Shown here: in pieces, positions 27,185 through 35,798 of the stretch
How positions within the stretch are numbered: the stretch's first letter is position 1
Layout: the number at the start of each line of letters is the position of its first letter
Source of the DNA: a virus
Lineage: Duplodnaviria > Caudoviricetes
Virus record (IMG/VR): IMGVR_UViG_3300017963_000068
Location: 1 to 52,419 of that record
DNA length: 52,419 nucleotides
Strand: one strand, 5' to 3'
Program-made: the position numbers and the translations under genes
The notes under the pieces: generated by a model
The model's input: the letters and a program-made list of their open reading frames with translations, nothing else
Told to the model about the DNA's origin: nothing
Databases searched by the model: none

Positions 27185-27465
27185 CACTTGCTCCTCACGC
27201 CGAGGAAACGGCAACGCTGGGTTGCCTTCACCTGGCGTAGAAACGGAGCGCGGAGATCGATCCGGCCTCGCTCCGGGTTCCACACGTGGGCCATGGCGTC
27301 CCCGCTTTTCAGCGGCCACGCGATCTCCAGCCACGCGAACCGTTCGCCGTCCTGGGATTCGGCGCACACGAGATCGCCGCCCAGGCAATTGGCGATCGTT
27401 CCCAGCTCGCCGGCGATCGCCTCCTTGCCCTCCGGCGCCGTGCGCTTGTGTGTCCAGTTAGCCAC
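27184..27465 (-). CDS. Hypothetical protein
   Basis: 93 aa, coupled in the operon. Confidence 0.45.
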   Translation of the reverse strand: MANWTHKRTAPEGKEAIAGELGTIANCLGGDLVCAESQDGERFAWLEIAWPLKSGDAMAHVWNPERGRIDLRAPFLRQVKATQRCRFLGVRSK

Positions 27466-27979
27466 CGGAGCCTCCGTCCCAGGACAGGATCACCACCTCC
27501 ACGCCCACGGCGATCGCGCTGGGCGTGTAGCCCTTGAGGATTCTCCGATACTCGGCCACGCGCGAATCATCGCGCCACACCTTCGCGTCCGTGATCGCAT
27601 CCTCGAGCGCGCGGACGAGCTTCGAGAGATCGGGCGGATCCTGTTTCGTCACCGGCGCCCCCTTGCGGAGCCCGCCGCGCTTTTTCAGGTGGGACGGCGG
27701 GCGCGGGAACCAGAAGCGCGCGCCGAGGATCACGGGCGCGTCGATCGGTGGCCGCCCGGCCCACACGTCCGCCGCAACCTCCGTCACCGCCTTGCGCCAC
27801 TTGCGGAGCTTCGCGTCCGCGTGTTCCACTAGGACGGTGCGCGAGCGCTTGCACACGGGACACGGCTTGCCCACGGGGAGCGCGCGCTTTGATCCCTGGG
27901 GACGCGGTGGCATGTTCACGGCGAAAGCCAATAGGACGCCACCAGGAGGACAGCGATCAGGATCCCGCGCCACACCCAC
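27458..27979 (-). CDS. rusA: RusA-family Holliday junction resolvase
   Basis: PRPQGSKR, FPRPPSH and PDLSKLVRALEDAIT...WRDDSRV motifs. Confidence 0.9.
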   Translation of the reverse strand: MGVARDPDRCPPGGVLLAFAVNMPPRPQGSKRALPVGKPCPVCKRSRTVLVEHADAKLRKWRKAVTEVAADVWAGRPPIDAPVILGARFWFPRPPSHLKKRGGLRKGAPVTKQDPPDLSKLVRALEDAITDAKVWRDDSRVAEYRRILKGYTPSAIAVGVEVVILSWDGGSGG

Positions 27980-27982
27980 CGC

Positions 27983-28846
27983 CTAGTCCTCCTCCGGCGC
28001 TCGAGCTTCCCCAGCTCCTCGAGGTTCCCATCCGCGAGCTGGTGGCGCTGTGCCGATGTCAAGGGTGAGCTGATCGGCGCGCGGCGCCGGCGCCCTCGAG
28101 GGAAACAGCTCGGGCTGATAACGCGCCTCCTCGAATCGCTTTCGTGCGATCTCCGCATAGGTCGGATCCACCTCGAATCCCATGGAATGGCGGCCCAGGC
28201 GCTTCGCGGCCACGCTCGTGGTGCCGGAGCCCGCGAACGGATCGAGAATCGATTCCTCGGGATCGGTGAAGTCCCGGACTAAATTCTCGAGGAGGGCGAG
28301 CGGTTTCTGGGTTGTATGCAAGCGGGCGCCGTTGTGGCCGCGGTCCAGAACGATCGGGTGAGTCCAAACGGCGTGCCGCCCTCCACCGTTCCAGTGCAAC
28401 CGGCCCCCGTTTGGCCGCGGAGCGTGAGCGATCACGATCACCTCATGGCCTACGGCGGGACGATCGCCGGAAAATTGCGGCGTGGCGCCCAGCTTGATCC
28501 ACACGCCGAACCGGACGAACTCGGCGCCGGCGGCCTCGAGCGCTTCGCGCCATGCCTGGCCGCCCTCGTGATCGCAGAACACCAGGATCCAGCGCCGGCA
28601 CACGCGCGCCAGCTCGAGCGCCACGCGCGATCGAAGCTCGTCCGTGAGGGGAGCGAAACCTAGATCGCGGACTCGGTGAAACTGGGCTCCGGTGGCGTTC
28701 GGCCTCGAGGGCTCGCGATACCCGGTGCAACCTCGGCGCCCGGCCTCATGGACGTGGGGCGAATACGGCGGATCGGTGATCGCGTGATCAATGCAGCGAT
28801 CGCGGAGCTGGTGGAGGAGCGCCAGGCATTCTCCGCATAGGATCAT
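27983..28846 (-). CDS. Site-specific DNA methyltransferase (N6-adenine/N4-cytosine, beta class)
   Basis: ITDPPY (motif IV) precedes HTTQKP and ILDPFAGSGTT (motif I). Confidence 0.92.
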   Translation of the reverse strand: MILCGECLALLHQLRDRCIDHAITDPPYSPHVHEAGRRGCTGYREPSRPNATGAQFHRVRDLGFAPLTDELRSRVALELARVCRRWILVFCDHEGGQAWREALEAAGAEFVRFGVWIKLGATPQFSGDRPAVGHEVIVIAHAPRPNGGRLHWNGGGRHAVWTHPIVLDRGHNGARLHTTQKPLALLENLVRDFTDPEESILDPFAGSGTTSVAAKRLGRHSMGFEVDPTYAEIARKRFEEARYQPELFPSRAPAPRADQLTLDIGTAPPARGWEPRGAGEARAPEED

Positions 28847-29487
28847 CGGCGCCTCCTCCGGTCCTCGCCTCGAATGTTTCGCCAGTTGCCGAACTTGACG
28901 ATCCTCGAGGCCACGCGCTCGCCGTAGCGTTCGCGGAACTTCGAGGCGTCCAAATTCGTGGTGATCACCAGGCCGGCGTGGCCGCCCGTGTAGAGGTCCA
29001 CCAGCTCGTCCAGGAGCGCCGCGAAGTTGCCGCGCGCGTCCGTGTATTCAACGCCCAGATCGTCCAGGACAAAGCCCGTCGACCGTTCCCATGCTTGCCT
29101 GGTGTCGTGATCGTAGCGGCCTCGCGCCTCGAACGCGCTGGCGCGCATGAAAAGCGGGCGGCGCCCGCCGTTCGCTTGTAACCACAGGACGGCCGCGATT
29201 GTTTTGCCCACGCCGATCGGCCCGGCGATCACGAGAATGTTCCGATCCTCGCTCCACGAGTCCAGCGCTTTGATCGCCGGCGCCTCGAGGTCGACGTCCG
29301 CCGCCAGGGCCTCCTCGAGGCGGCGGCCAGGAACGCCAGCCCGGATCATGTTCTCATTCCACCGGACGCGCGCCTCCGCGGCCAGCTTGCGCTCGCGCTC
29401 CTCGCGCTCCTCGGCGATCTCGCGATCGCGCTCCTCCCAGGACTTCGCCACGGCATCGAACACGGGCACGAAATCGGCCGCCGTCAT
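28843..29487 (-). CDS. DnaC/IstB-like ATPase (helicase loader)
   Basis: 214 aa from ATG 29487; Walker A GPIGVGKT, VLDDLG, ITTNL and YGERVASRI. Confidence 0.88.
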   Translation of the reverse strand: MTAADFVPVFDAVAKSWEERDREIAEEREERERKLAAEARVRWNENMIRAGVPGRRLEEALAADVDLEAPAIKALDSWSEDRNILVIAGPIGVGKTIAAVLWLQANGGRRPLFMRASAFEARGRYDHDTRQAWERSTGFVLDDLGVEYTDARGNFAALLDELVDLYTGGHAGLVITTNLDASKFRERYGERVASRIVKFGNWRNIRGEDRRRRR

Positions 29488-30464
29488 ATCTGGCCCTCCT
29501 CGGGTTCGTTCTCCCACGCCTCGCGTGGTGTGGGCTCCGCTTGGCCCACGCGAACGTCCCGCGGCTTGCCATTGTCGCCTCGGCGGGGCCGCCCGCGCTG
29601 GCCCAGCATGGTGTCCCAATTCTTGCGGAGCGCCTCGGCGCTTTGCACGTTCGCCCGCCAGAATTCGCTCCGCTGGGACCACTCGATCATGTCCTGGATC
29701 TCGCCCCACTCGTGGCCGTCGATCACGCGCATCCGGCGGATCACGTCCGCCCACGCCAGGACGCGCGCGGCGCGCTTCGCCGGCGCGAGCCTCGCGAACG
29801 TCCCCCGTGGCACGTTCTCCGCGGTCCAGTCCGCGAGGAGCTGGGCGAGGGTGTGGGCCTGTTCCGGGATCCTGTCCGGATCCGGGCCTCGCTTCCCTTT
29901 GGCCTTGCCCTTGCCGGATCCCGGACGTGCGTCCGGATCCGTAGGATCCGGACTTCTACTCTCCTCTACTCTACTCTCCTCTACTCTAGGCGTTTCACCG
30001 TTACCTGAAACGTGTAACGGTTTCACCGTTTCATGCTTGGGTAAAGTGTTTTCGCTTGCTTCCGTGGTGGCCTCGGCCTTTTTCTTGGCCCTCCAGCGCC
30101 TCACGCGCTCCGTGGAGGACTCCCCGAGGCGCCCCCACTCCTCGCTCCACCCCACGATCAGGACGCCCTCGGGCGTCACCTCGATCAGCTTGGCGAGGGC
30201 CGCGGCCCGGAGCCCCAACCGGATCAGATCGTGAGGCGGTTCGGCGAGGCCCGGGGCGTTGTCCAGGTGGCACAGCGCGGCCAGGTATTCCGGCGCCGCG
30301 TAGCCCGCCGGGATCTCGCCCTCGAGGCGGTTCTGGCGATTCACCAGGAGGAGGAGCTGGAACACGGTTCCAGCCCAGAAGCGATCCCCCGGCGCTTGCC
30401 GGAGGAGTTTCGGAGTCGACCACAGTAGCGCGTCGACCTTCGCCCAATTGCTCGCCGCGGACAT
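29484..30464 (-). CDS. Phage replication initiator (replisome organizer type)
   Basis: N-terminal WAKVD, STERVRRWR, RVEESRVEESR linker and FWRANVQSAEALRKNWD C-terminal domain; coupled to the DnaC-like gene. Confidence 0.8.
   Translation of the reverse strand: MSAASNWAKVDALLWSTPKLLRQAPGDRFWAGTVFQLLLLVNRQNRLEGEIPAGYAAPEYLAALCHLDNAPGLAEPPHDLIRLGLRAAALAKLIEVTPEGVLIVGWSEEWGRLGESSTERVRRWRAKKKAEATTEASENTLPKHETVKPLHVSGNGETPRVEESRVEESRSPDPTDPDARPGSGKGKAKGKRGPDPDRIPEQAHTLAQLLADWTAENVPRGTFARLAPAKRAARVLAWADVIRRMRVIDGHEWGEIQDMIEWSQRSEFWRANVQSAEALRKNWDTMLGQRGRPRRGDNGKPRDVRVGQAEPTPREAWENEPEEGQI
29875..30033. repeat. Putative replication origin (iteron-like repeats inside the initiator gene)
   Basis: TCCGGATCC at 29875 and 29932 (inverted at 29944); CTACTCTCCTCTACT tandem at 29956-29985; GTTTCACCGTT at 29992 and 30020. 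Confidence 0.6.
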
Positions 30465-30482
30465 GTCCCCCTCCTTGGCGAG

Positions 30483-30749
30483 CTAGGCGATCCAGGACTT
30501 CGCCGCTACCTCGCCGCCGGACGCCTCCTCGATTGCAAGCGCGAGTTTGAGGCCCGGCGGAAAATACCCGTTCCGGAGATTGTAGATCGTGGACGGGCTG
30601 ATCCCGAGGGTGGCGGCCAGATCGTGGATCGTGTGGCCGTCCACCTCGAGCCAGCGCGCGAGCCAGTCCGCGAACGCCGAGGAGGGTGGAGGATACTTGC
30701 GAGGCCGCCCGCCGTTGCGGGGGCCGTGGTGTCCACCTTTGCCGCCCAT
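30483..30749 (-). CDS. XRE/Cro-like HTH transcriptional regulator
   Basis: 88 aa from ATG 30749; TIHDLAATLGISPSTIYNLRNG...PGLKLALAIEEASGGEV. Confidence 0.85.
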   Translation of the reverse strand: MGGKGGHHGPRNGGRPRKYPPPSSAFADWLARWLEVDGHTIHDLAATLGISPSTIYNLRNGYFPPGLKLALAIEEASGGEVAAKSWIA

Positions 30750-30763
30750 GGTTTGCCGTGTTA

Positions 30764-31270
30764 CTACAGGTCCGGATCCGGTTGCAAGTTTTCCGGATCG
30801 GAATTCGGCGCCGTCGCTGTGGACAAGTCCACAGGGTCGCGAACCACAACGCAAATCACGTCAAGGCGTTCGCCCTCGGCGCACAGCGCCCGCGTGTAGA
30901 CTCGCGCCGTGAATCCGGCCTGGCGCCAATCCTCGGCCTCGGAGTCCGCGAGCTGGCGCGGCGTGCGGTTCGGCGGTGTTCTCATGTCCGTTCGGAACGT
31001 GAGGAAAGCCCTCAAGTCCCCCTTGCGTTCGGGTGTCATCGATCCATCCAGTGTCAAGAAAGCGGCCAGGGCGTCCTCGAGCGCCACCAGCTCGGCCGCG
31101 GTGAGCTGGTGGCGCTTGTGTTCCAGGCGAACGATTGCCGGCGCCACGCGCGCGGCGATCTCGTTTCGCGCCTCGGCGATCGTGCGCTCCACGGCCGCGG
31201 CATACGTGCGCGGCATGGGGAGGCCCTCCTCGCGGTAGAAGTCCGCGCCATCCGGATCGTCACTCCTCAT
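30764..31270 (-). CDS. Hypothetical protein
   Basis: 168 aa from ATG 31270, overlapping the upstream ORF end. Confidence 0.45.
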   Translation of the reverse strand: MRSDDPDGADFYREEGLPMPRTYAAAVERTIAEARNEIAARVAPAIVRLEHKRHQLTAAELVALEDALAAFLTLDGSMTPERKGDLRAFLTFRTDMRTPPNRTPRQLADSEAEDWRQAGFTARVYTRALCAEGERLDVICVVVRDPVDLSTATAPNSDPENLQPDPDL

Positions 31271-31634
31271 CGGGCGGATCAACCTCCGGCGAACAGTCGC
31301 GGTGAACGAACAGATCGAAACCGTGCTCCTCGCAAAACTCCACGCGGAACAGGCGCGCGCCGATCACCTCGCCGCAAGCGTAGCAAAGCGAGTCCGCGGC
31401 GCGGAGGTAGAGGGGATCGCCGGTGCGATCGTCAACGTGGAACGCCTGGGGGTTGCGCGTCACCGTCGCGGTAGCGGCCTCCTCCTGGCGCCCGGAGGTG
31501 AACAGCGCGCCGAGGGCGCCCTCCAGCGCCTCGAGCTGGCCCTCCGTGAGCTTCGCCAGGTTCGGGAACGTGGGCGCGTTGTGGCGCATGAGGCGGCGCC
31601 GTAGCGCCTTGACGCGAGCTTGCTTATCCGACAC
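31260..31634 (-). CDS. Hypothetical protein with zinc ribbon
   Basis: 124 aa from GTG 31634 (GAGGAGG RBS); CYAC and HRDC motifs. Confidence 0.5.
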   Translation of the reverse strand: MSDKQARVKALRRRLMRHNAPTFPNLAKLTEGQLEALEGALGALFTSGRQEEAATATVTRNPQAFHVDDRTGDPLYLRAADSLCYACGEVIGARLFRVEFCEEHGFDLFVHRDCSPEVDPPDEE

Positions 31635-31636
31635 AG

Positions 31637-31963
31637 CTAATCCTCCTCGATCGGCTCGAACGGTGCCCCCATTGTCCACGCTCGGAGTGACACGTCCCAG
31701 ATGAGCCAATGGGAGGCGAGGTTCGGGCGGGTTTCCGCAACGCTACCGTCGACGGCGCGCGCCGTCACGATCCGCTTGCGGCCCTTGCGGGATCCGTTTC
31801 GCGTCACCTCGAACACGCGCGCGATCGGCTGATCGCCCCTCGGGGTGGCGCCGGTCAATACGGCGTCGATTTGAATGTGGCGCGCTGGGAGCCCGCCTCC
31901 GCGGCGCACGCGGAACACCTGGCCGCGCTTGACGGCGATCCGGATCGCTTCGCGGCGAGCCAT
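31637..31963 (-). CDS. Basic hypothetical protein
   Basis: 108 aa from ATG 31963 (TAATG coupling). Confidence 0.5.
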   Translation of the reverse strand: MARREAIRIAVKRGQVFRVRRGGGLPARHIQIDAVLTGATPRGDQPIARVFEVTRNGSRKGRKRIVTARAVDGSVAETRPNLASHWLIWDVSLRAWTMGAPFEPIEED

Positions 31964-33915
31964 TAGCGCTCCCCCTCGCGACTTTCCGCGTCCTCCCAGT
32001 GAGCGGCTCCGAGGCCCACGGCTTGCTCGAGCTTGCCCAGCTCGTCCGCGAAATGGTGAGCGCAACGCGGCCCGATCGGATAGAAACCGACATCCGCCGG
32101 ATCGTTCTCCGGCCCCTCGTATCCGGCGGGCGCGAACGCGGCGCCGCCGTCGATCACGTGGAGGTAGATCGTATCCGCGCGCTCCTCCACGTTCGTGCCG
32201 CAAAAGCAACATTCCATTCCCTGGCCCTCGAACTTGCGACAACGCGGCCCGCCGGTGGCCTCATGCTGGCCGTTGAACGGAACCAGGCCCAGGCGGCCCT
32301 CCGGCGTGTATTCGCTCGCGAAGTAGATCGCCGCGGCGGCGCATTCCATGGCCTCCTTGCGCGCGCGGTTCTCGTGGCACGTGATCCCGCCGTCGCAGTC
32401 CTCGCCGTTCGGGTGGCACAGCCACTCGTGGCATTCGGTCACGGTATCCAGCGGGGATCCCTTGAGGAGGATTTCCAGGGCCTCCTCCGCGAGCTTGCGG
32501 ATCGCGTCCACGTAGAAACGAACCTGGGATCCGAGGGCGTGGCCAGGCCTGCGCGGCCCGGGCTCCGGTTCCTGGGAGCGAATCCACTCCAGGCCCTCGC
32601 GCATGGTGTCGAAGCTCCGGCCGGAGCTTGAGGCCATGCCGCGCCCTGTGGTGCCGAAAGGTCCCCACCGGCGCTCCCCCCACATGGGATTCGTTTCGGC
32701 GTTTTTTCCGAACAGGTGGCCGTGGTAGTAATAATCGGCGTCCGACACGTCATCCTCCCCGGGCGTTGCTATGCGGAGGGCGCCGTGAACCATGCGGGCC
32801 GTGTCGCCGGCGGCCACGCGCTCGCGGACGCCCTGGAGGAGCCTCGGCGGGACGTGTTCGAGGATCTGAATCACGGAGGCGCCGCGCTTGCGGGTGTCGA
32901 ATCCGTAAGCGTTGATCGCGTTCGCGATGTTCGCGCACACGCGCGGCGTGCGCGGCCCAGGGCGGCGCGTGTCCGCCTGGACGATCACGGGCTCCACCGG
33001 AGGCTCCGGCCGCTTGTGGCCGTTGTCCGCGTTCCGGAGCGCCAGGATCACGCCGGCGGCCTTGCGGGTTTGAGTGTCGCCGGCAAGCTCGCCACGCTCC
33101 ACCATGCCATTGACGATCGTTGCGGCGGCGGTGAGGTGACGGGGGCCGCCGTTCGGCCCGTTGGTTTTCCCCGCCAGGCGCGCGACCACACACGAGTCCA
33201 TTTGAACCATGGTGATAGGGCAAGCGGAGGCGATTCGGGACAGGATCTCCTTGGCTTTGCGCCCTCGAGGTCCTAGGCCCAGCAAGTGAAGCACAACGGG
33301 CTGAACGGTGGCCACGAACTCCTCGGCCTCCTTGGGTGAGGTGGCCGCGGCTTGACACGGAAGCGCCGGGATCGGCGCGAATCCCAGAACGTCGACACAG
33401 CGCTTGAAAAAGCTCGCTTGCTTGAACGCGCCACGTTGAACCGGCATGAGAACGCGCACGCCCATGGCGTCCAGCTCGCGCATGTCCTCGGCGTAGCGCT
33501 CGAGGCGCGCGAGCGTTTCCGCCTGATCGCCGATCTTGTCCGGCGCTACCACGTGGAGCTGATCGCCCAGGGCGCGGCCCAGGCGCTTGTAAAGATCGAT
33601 CACGCGGGGCCAGTCGACCGGCTTGGACTTCCCTTTCAGTTCCGCCTGGAACTCGGGAAACGCGCCGCTGTCCACGAACACCTGAACGTCAGTCCCCACA
33701 AGCTCGAGGATCTCCGCTTCGATGTCCGCGTTGACGTTCGCCGCGGTCACGCCCACGTCATGGCCGATCGCGCCGAACCCGCGGACTTCGCCGCGCTGGC
33801 ATCCGCTCGCGAAGTAGGCGATCGGATCCAGCGGAAGCTCCGGCGCCGGTTGCGCCGGGATCGGGAAGTCCACGCCCTCGAGCAATTCCACCAGCTCGTA
33901 AGCGGGGCGAGTCAT
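31963..33915 (-). CDS. TGT/DpdA-like base-exchange (transglycosylase) protein with long multi-domain C-terminal extension
   Basis: 650 aa from ATG 33915; ordered motifs VFVDSGAF, VAPDKIGD, MPVQRG, HLLGLG and QMDSC match the TGT TIM-barrel catalytic layout. Confidence 0.65.
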   Translation of the reverse strand: MTRPAYELVELLEGVDFPIPAQPAPELPLDPIAYFASGCQRGEVRGFGAIGHDVGVTAANVNADIEAEILELVGTDVQVFVDSGAFPEFQAELKGKSKPVDWPRVIDLYKRLGRALGDQLHVVAPDKIGDQAETLARLERYAEDMRELDAMGVRVLMPVQRGAFKQASFFKRCVDVLGFAPIPALPCQAAATSPKEAEEFVATVQPVVLHLLGLGPRGRKAKEILSRIASACPITMVQMDSCVVARLAGKTNGPNGGPRHLTAAATIVNGMVERGELAGDTQTRKAAGVILALRNADNGHKRPEPPVEPVIVQADTRRPGPRTPRVCANIANAINAYGFDTRKRGASVIQILEHVPPRLLQGVRERVAAGDTARMVHGALRIATPGEDDVSDADYYYHGHLFGKNAETNPMWGERRWGPFGTTGRGMASSSGRSFDTMREGLEWIRSQEPEPGPRRPGHALGSQVRFYVDAIRKLAEEALEILLKGSPLDTVTECHEWLCHPNGEDCDGGITCHENRARKEAMECAAAAIYFASEYTPEGRLGLVPFNGQHEATGGPRCRKFEGQGMECCFCGTNVEERADTIYLHVIDGGAAFAPAGYEGPENDPADVGFYPIGPRCAHHFADELGKLEQAVGLGAAHWEDAESREGER

Positions 33916-34181
33916 CGGCTCACCACCTTGAAACCGAGGGCGTGGAGAACGCGGACGGTGTGGGCGGCGCCGCCGGAGAACTCGCGCGCGCTCAGGCCGC
34001 ACGCCACGCCGAGGATCGCCTTGGACGGGTAGAGGTTCCCGCCGAACGCGAGCTGGTATCGAAGCGAGGGCCGGTAACCGTGGGCGGCCAGGAACCCGTC
34101 CTGGCCCAGTGCATCGCACATGCCGATCGCCCTGATCACGTCCTCGCGGGTTGCTTCGCTGGTTCTTTTCTTGGTTTCCAT
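33912..34181 (-). CDS. Stand-alone ScoMcrA N-terminal head-domain-like protein
   Basis: 89 aa; TREDVIRAI..CDALG.DGFL..HGY...RYQL...GNLYPSKAILGVA...FSGG.AHTVRVLHALGF closely follows the ScoMcrA/HNH-associated N-terminal domain as recalled. Confidence 0.75.
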   Translation of the reverse strand: METKKRTSEATREDVIRAIGMCDALGQDGFLAAHGYRPSLRYQLAFGGNLYPSKAILGVACGLSAREFSGGAAHTVRVLHALGFKVVSR

Positions 34182-34221
34182 TTTTGCCTCCTGTGTCGCG
34201 GTTAGATCCTGTCCGCCTATT

Positions 34222-34250
34222 ATTGTAGGAACACGGTAAACCGGAGGCAA
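34222..34250 (-). promoter_or_regulatory. Sigma70-type promoter
   Basis: TTGCCT (34250-34245), 17-nt spacer, TACAAT (34227-34222), in a locally AT-rich intergenic region. Confidence 0.8.
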
Positions 34251-34274
34251 GCGAAAAAGGCCACGAGCTTGCAC

Positions 34275-34309
34275 AAAAAAACGCCCCCCGCGGTTAGCGA
34301 CGGGGGGCG
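34275..34309 (-). terminator. Rho-independent terminator
   Basis: CGCCCCCCG-loop-CGGGGGGCG followed by T7 on the minus strand, after the recombination genes. Confidence 0.85.
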
Positions 34310-34352
34310 CCATGTGGGCGGCCCGGGTGGGACCAGAAGCCCGGATCCTAGC

Positions 34353-35783
34353 CTAGAACGCCTCGCCCTTGGGTGGCTTTTTGCCGCGTTGCGGCGGGGC
34401 CTCGGGGGCGCGCATCCATTCGGGCTCCTGGAACTCGTCCTCCTCGCCGGGCTCCTCGGCCTCGGCCTCGGCCTCCTCCTCGAACACCTCGCCGGTGTCC
34501 GGATCGTAGTCCTCGCCCTCCACCAGCTCGGCGTCCACGGCGTCCGCCGGATCCAGATCGAACTCGCCCTGGGGCTCCTCGGGCTCCTCCTCGGGCTCCT
34601 GGGCTTGCTGGGCCTCGATTGCGGCCATTCTCCGCTCATCCTCGGGGATTTCCTCCGGTGGTGGCTCCGGCGCCTTGGCGGGCGCCTGGCGGCGCCTGGG
34701 CGCCCCCTTGGCGGCCTGGGGCTTGGGCCGGCGGGCTCGAGCTGGCGGCGCGGCGGACACCTCGGGCTCCGCGGGCGGGGGCTCCTCCTCCGCGGGCTCC
34801 TGGGGCGCCGGAGCGGGCGCTGGACGGGCGCTCCGGATGGCCGCCTTGGCGGCGGCGGCGCCGCGCTTGGGCGCCTCCTGGGAGGGCTTGGGCGCCTCCT
34901 GGTCCCCGGCCTGGCCGGCGGACTTCTCCCCGCGCTGGGCGAGGCGGTGATCGAGGATGTCCGACCATGACGCCTGGCCGTCCCGGATCGTGGCGTACAC
35001 CTGGCGAAGCTCGGCCAGCTCGCCCGGACTCACCTTGCCGAGGTCGTGGCCCAGGTAGCGGGACAGCTCCGCGGGTTGGACGTTGATCGAGGCGAAAGCG
35101 TCCGCCACCTTGCGGCGCTCCGCGTCCGGATCGCGCGCGGCCTGATCTTTCTGCGTTCGGATCACCGCGCCCATGGCCTCCTCCACAAGCCACCCGGGAA
35201 TGATCCGGAGGCCGCATGTTCGGATCGCCTTGCTCACCAGGGCGGCCTCCTTGTTCAGGAGATCGTCATCCGAGGCGGACACGAGATAGACGGTATCGCC
35301 GCGCGAATTCGTGCGCGAGGCGAGGGCGGTTTGATTCTTGCGGAGGTAGCGGCGCTCCACCACCTTCGAGATCGTGATCTGTTTCCGGTGCGTCACGTTT
35401 TTCTCGAAATCGATCACGCTCACCTCCACGATCCGCTTTTCCGCGTCATCGTAGATCGTGATCGCTTGGGTGTCGCAATTGCCGAGGGCCTGGAGGGCGG
35501 CCTCCACGAACCGGATCGATGGCCCCTCCACGCCCTCGCCGATCGGTTTCAAGTAGCGCGCCACCTCGGCGAACGCGGGGCGCTTGCATTCGCGGAGGAC
35601 ATCGGCGCGAACCTGATCCATGTCGCGCGGGCATTTCATGGCGACGATCCAGCGCGCCTCGATCGCGGCTTTTGCCTGGGCGGCGATCGCGAGCGCGGCG
35701 GTTTCGCCCACGCCTTGGGTGAGGGCGCCGGCGAATTGATCCTGGCGAACGGCCAGGGCGGTATTTCCGTTTCCGTTTGTCAT
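34353..35783 (-). CDS. Probable single-strand annealing recombinase partnering YqaJ
   Basis: 476 aa; AIEARWIVAMKCPRD, GPSIRFVEAALQALGN and SKAIRTCGLRIIPG motifs; long acidic disordered tail; directly after the exonuclease. Confidence 0.55.
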   Translation of the reverse strand: MTNGNGNTALAVRQDQFAGALTQGVGETAALAIAAQAKAAIEARWIVAMKCPRDMDQVRADVLRECKRPAFAEVARYLKPIGEGVEGPSIRFVEAALQALGNCDTQAITIYDDAEKRIVEVSVIDFEKNVTHRKQITISKVVERRYLRKNQTALASRTNSRGDTVYLVSASDDDLLNKEAALVSKAIRTCGLRIIPGWLVEEAMGAVIRTQKDQAARDPDAERRKVADAFASINVQPAELSRYLGHDLGKVSPGELAELRQVYATIRDGQASWSDILDHRLAQRGEKSAGQAGDQEAPKPSQEAPKRGAAAAKAAIRSARPAPAPAPQEPAEEEPPPAEPEVSAAPPARARRPKPQAAKGAPRRRQAPAKAPEPPPEEIPEDERRMAAIEAQQAQEPEEEPEEPQGEFDLDPADAVDAELVEGEDYDPDTGEVFEEEAEAEAEEPGEEDEFQEPEWMRAPEAPPQRGKKPPKGEAF

Positions 35784-35798
35784 CGGTTGCTCCTGTGT

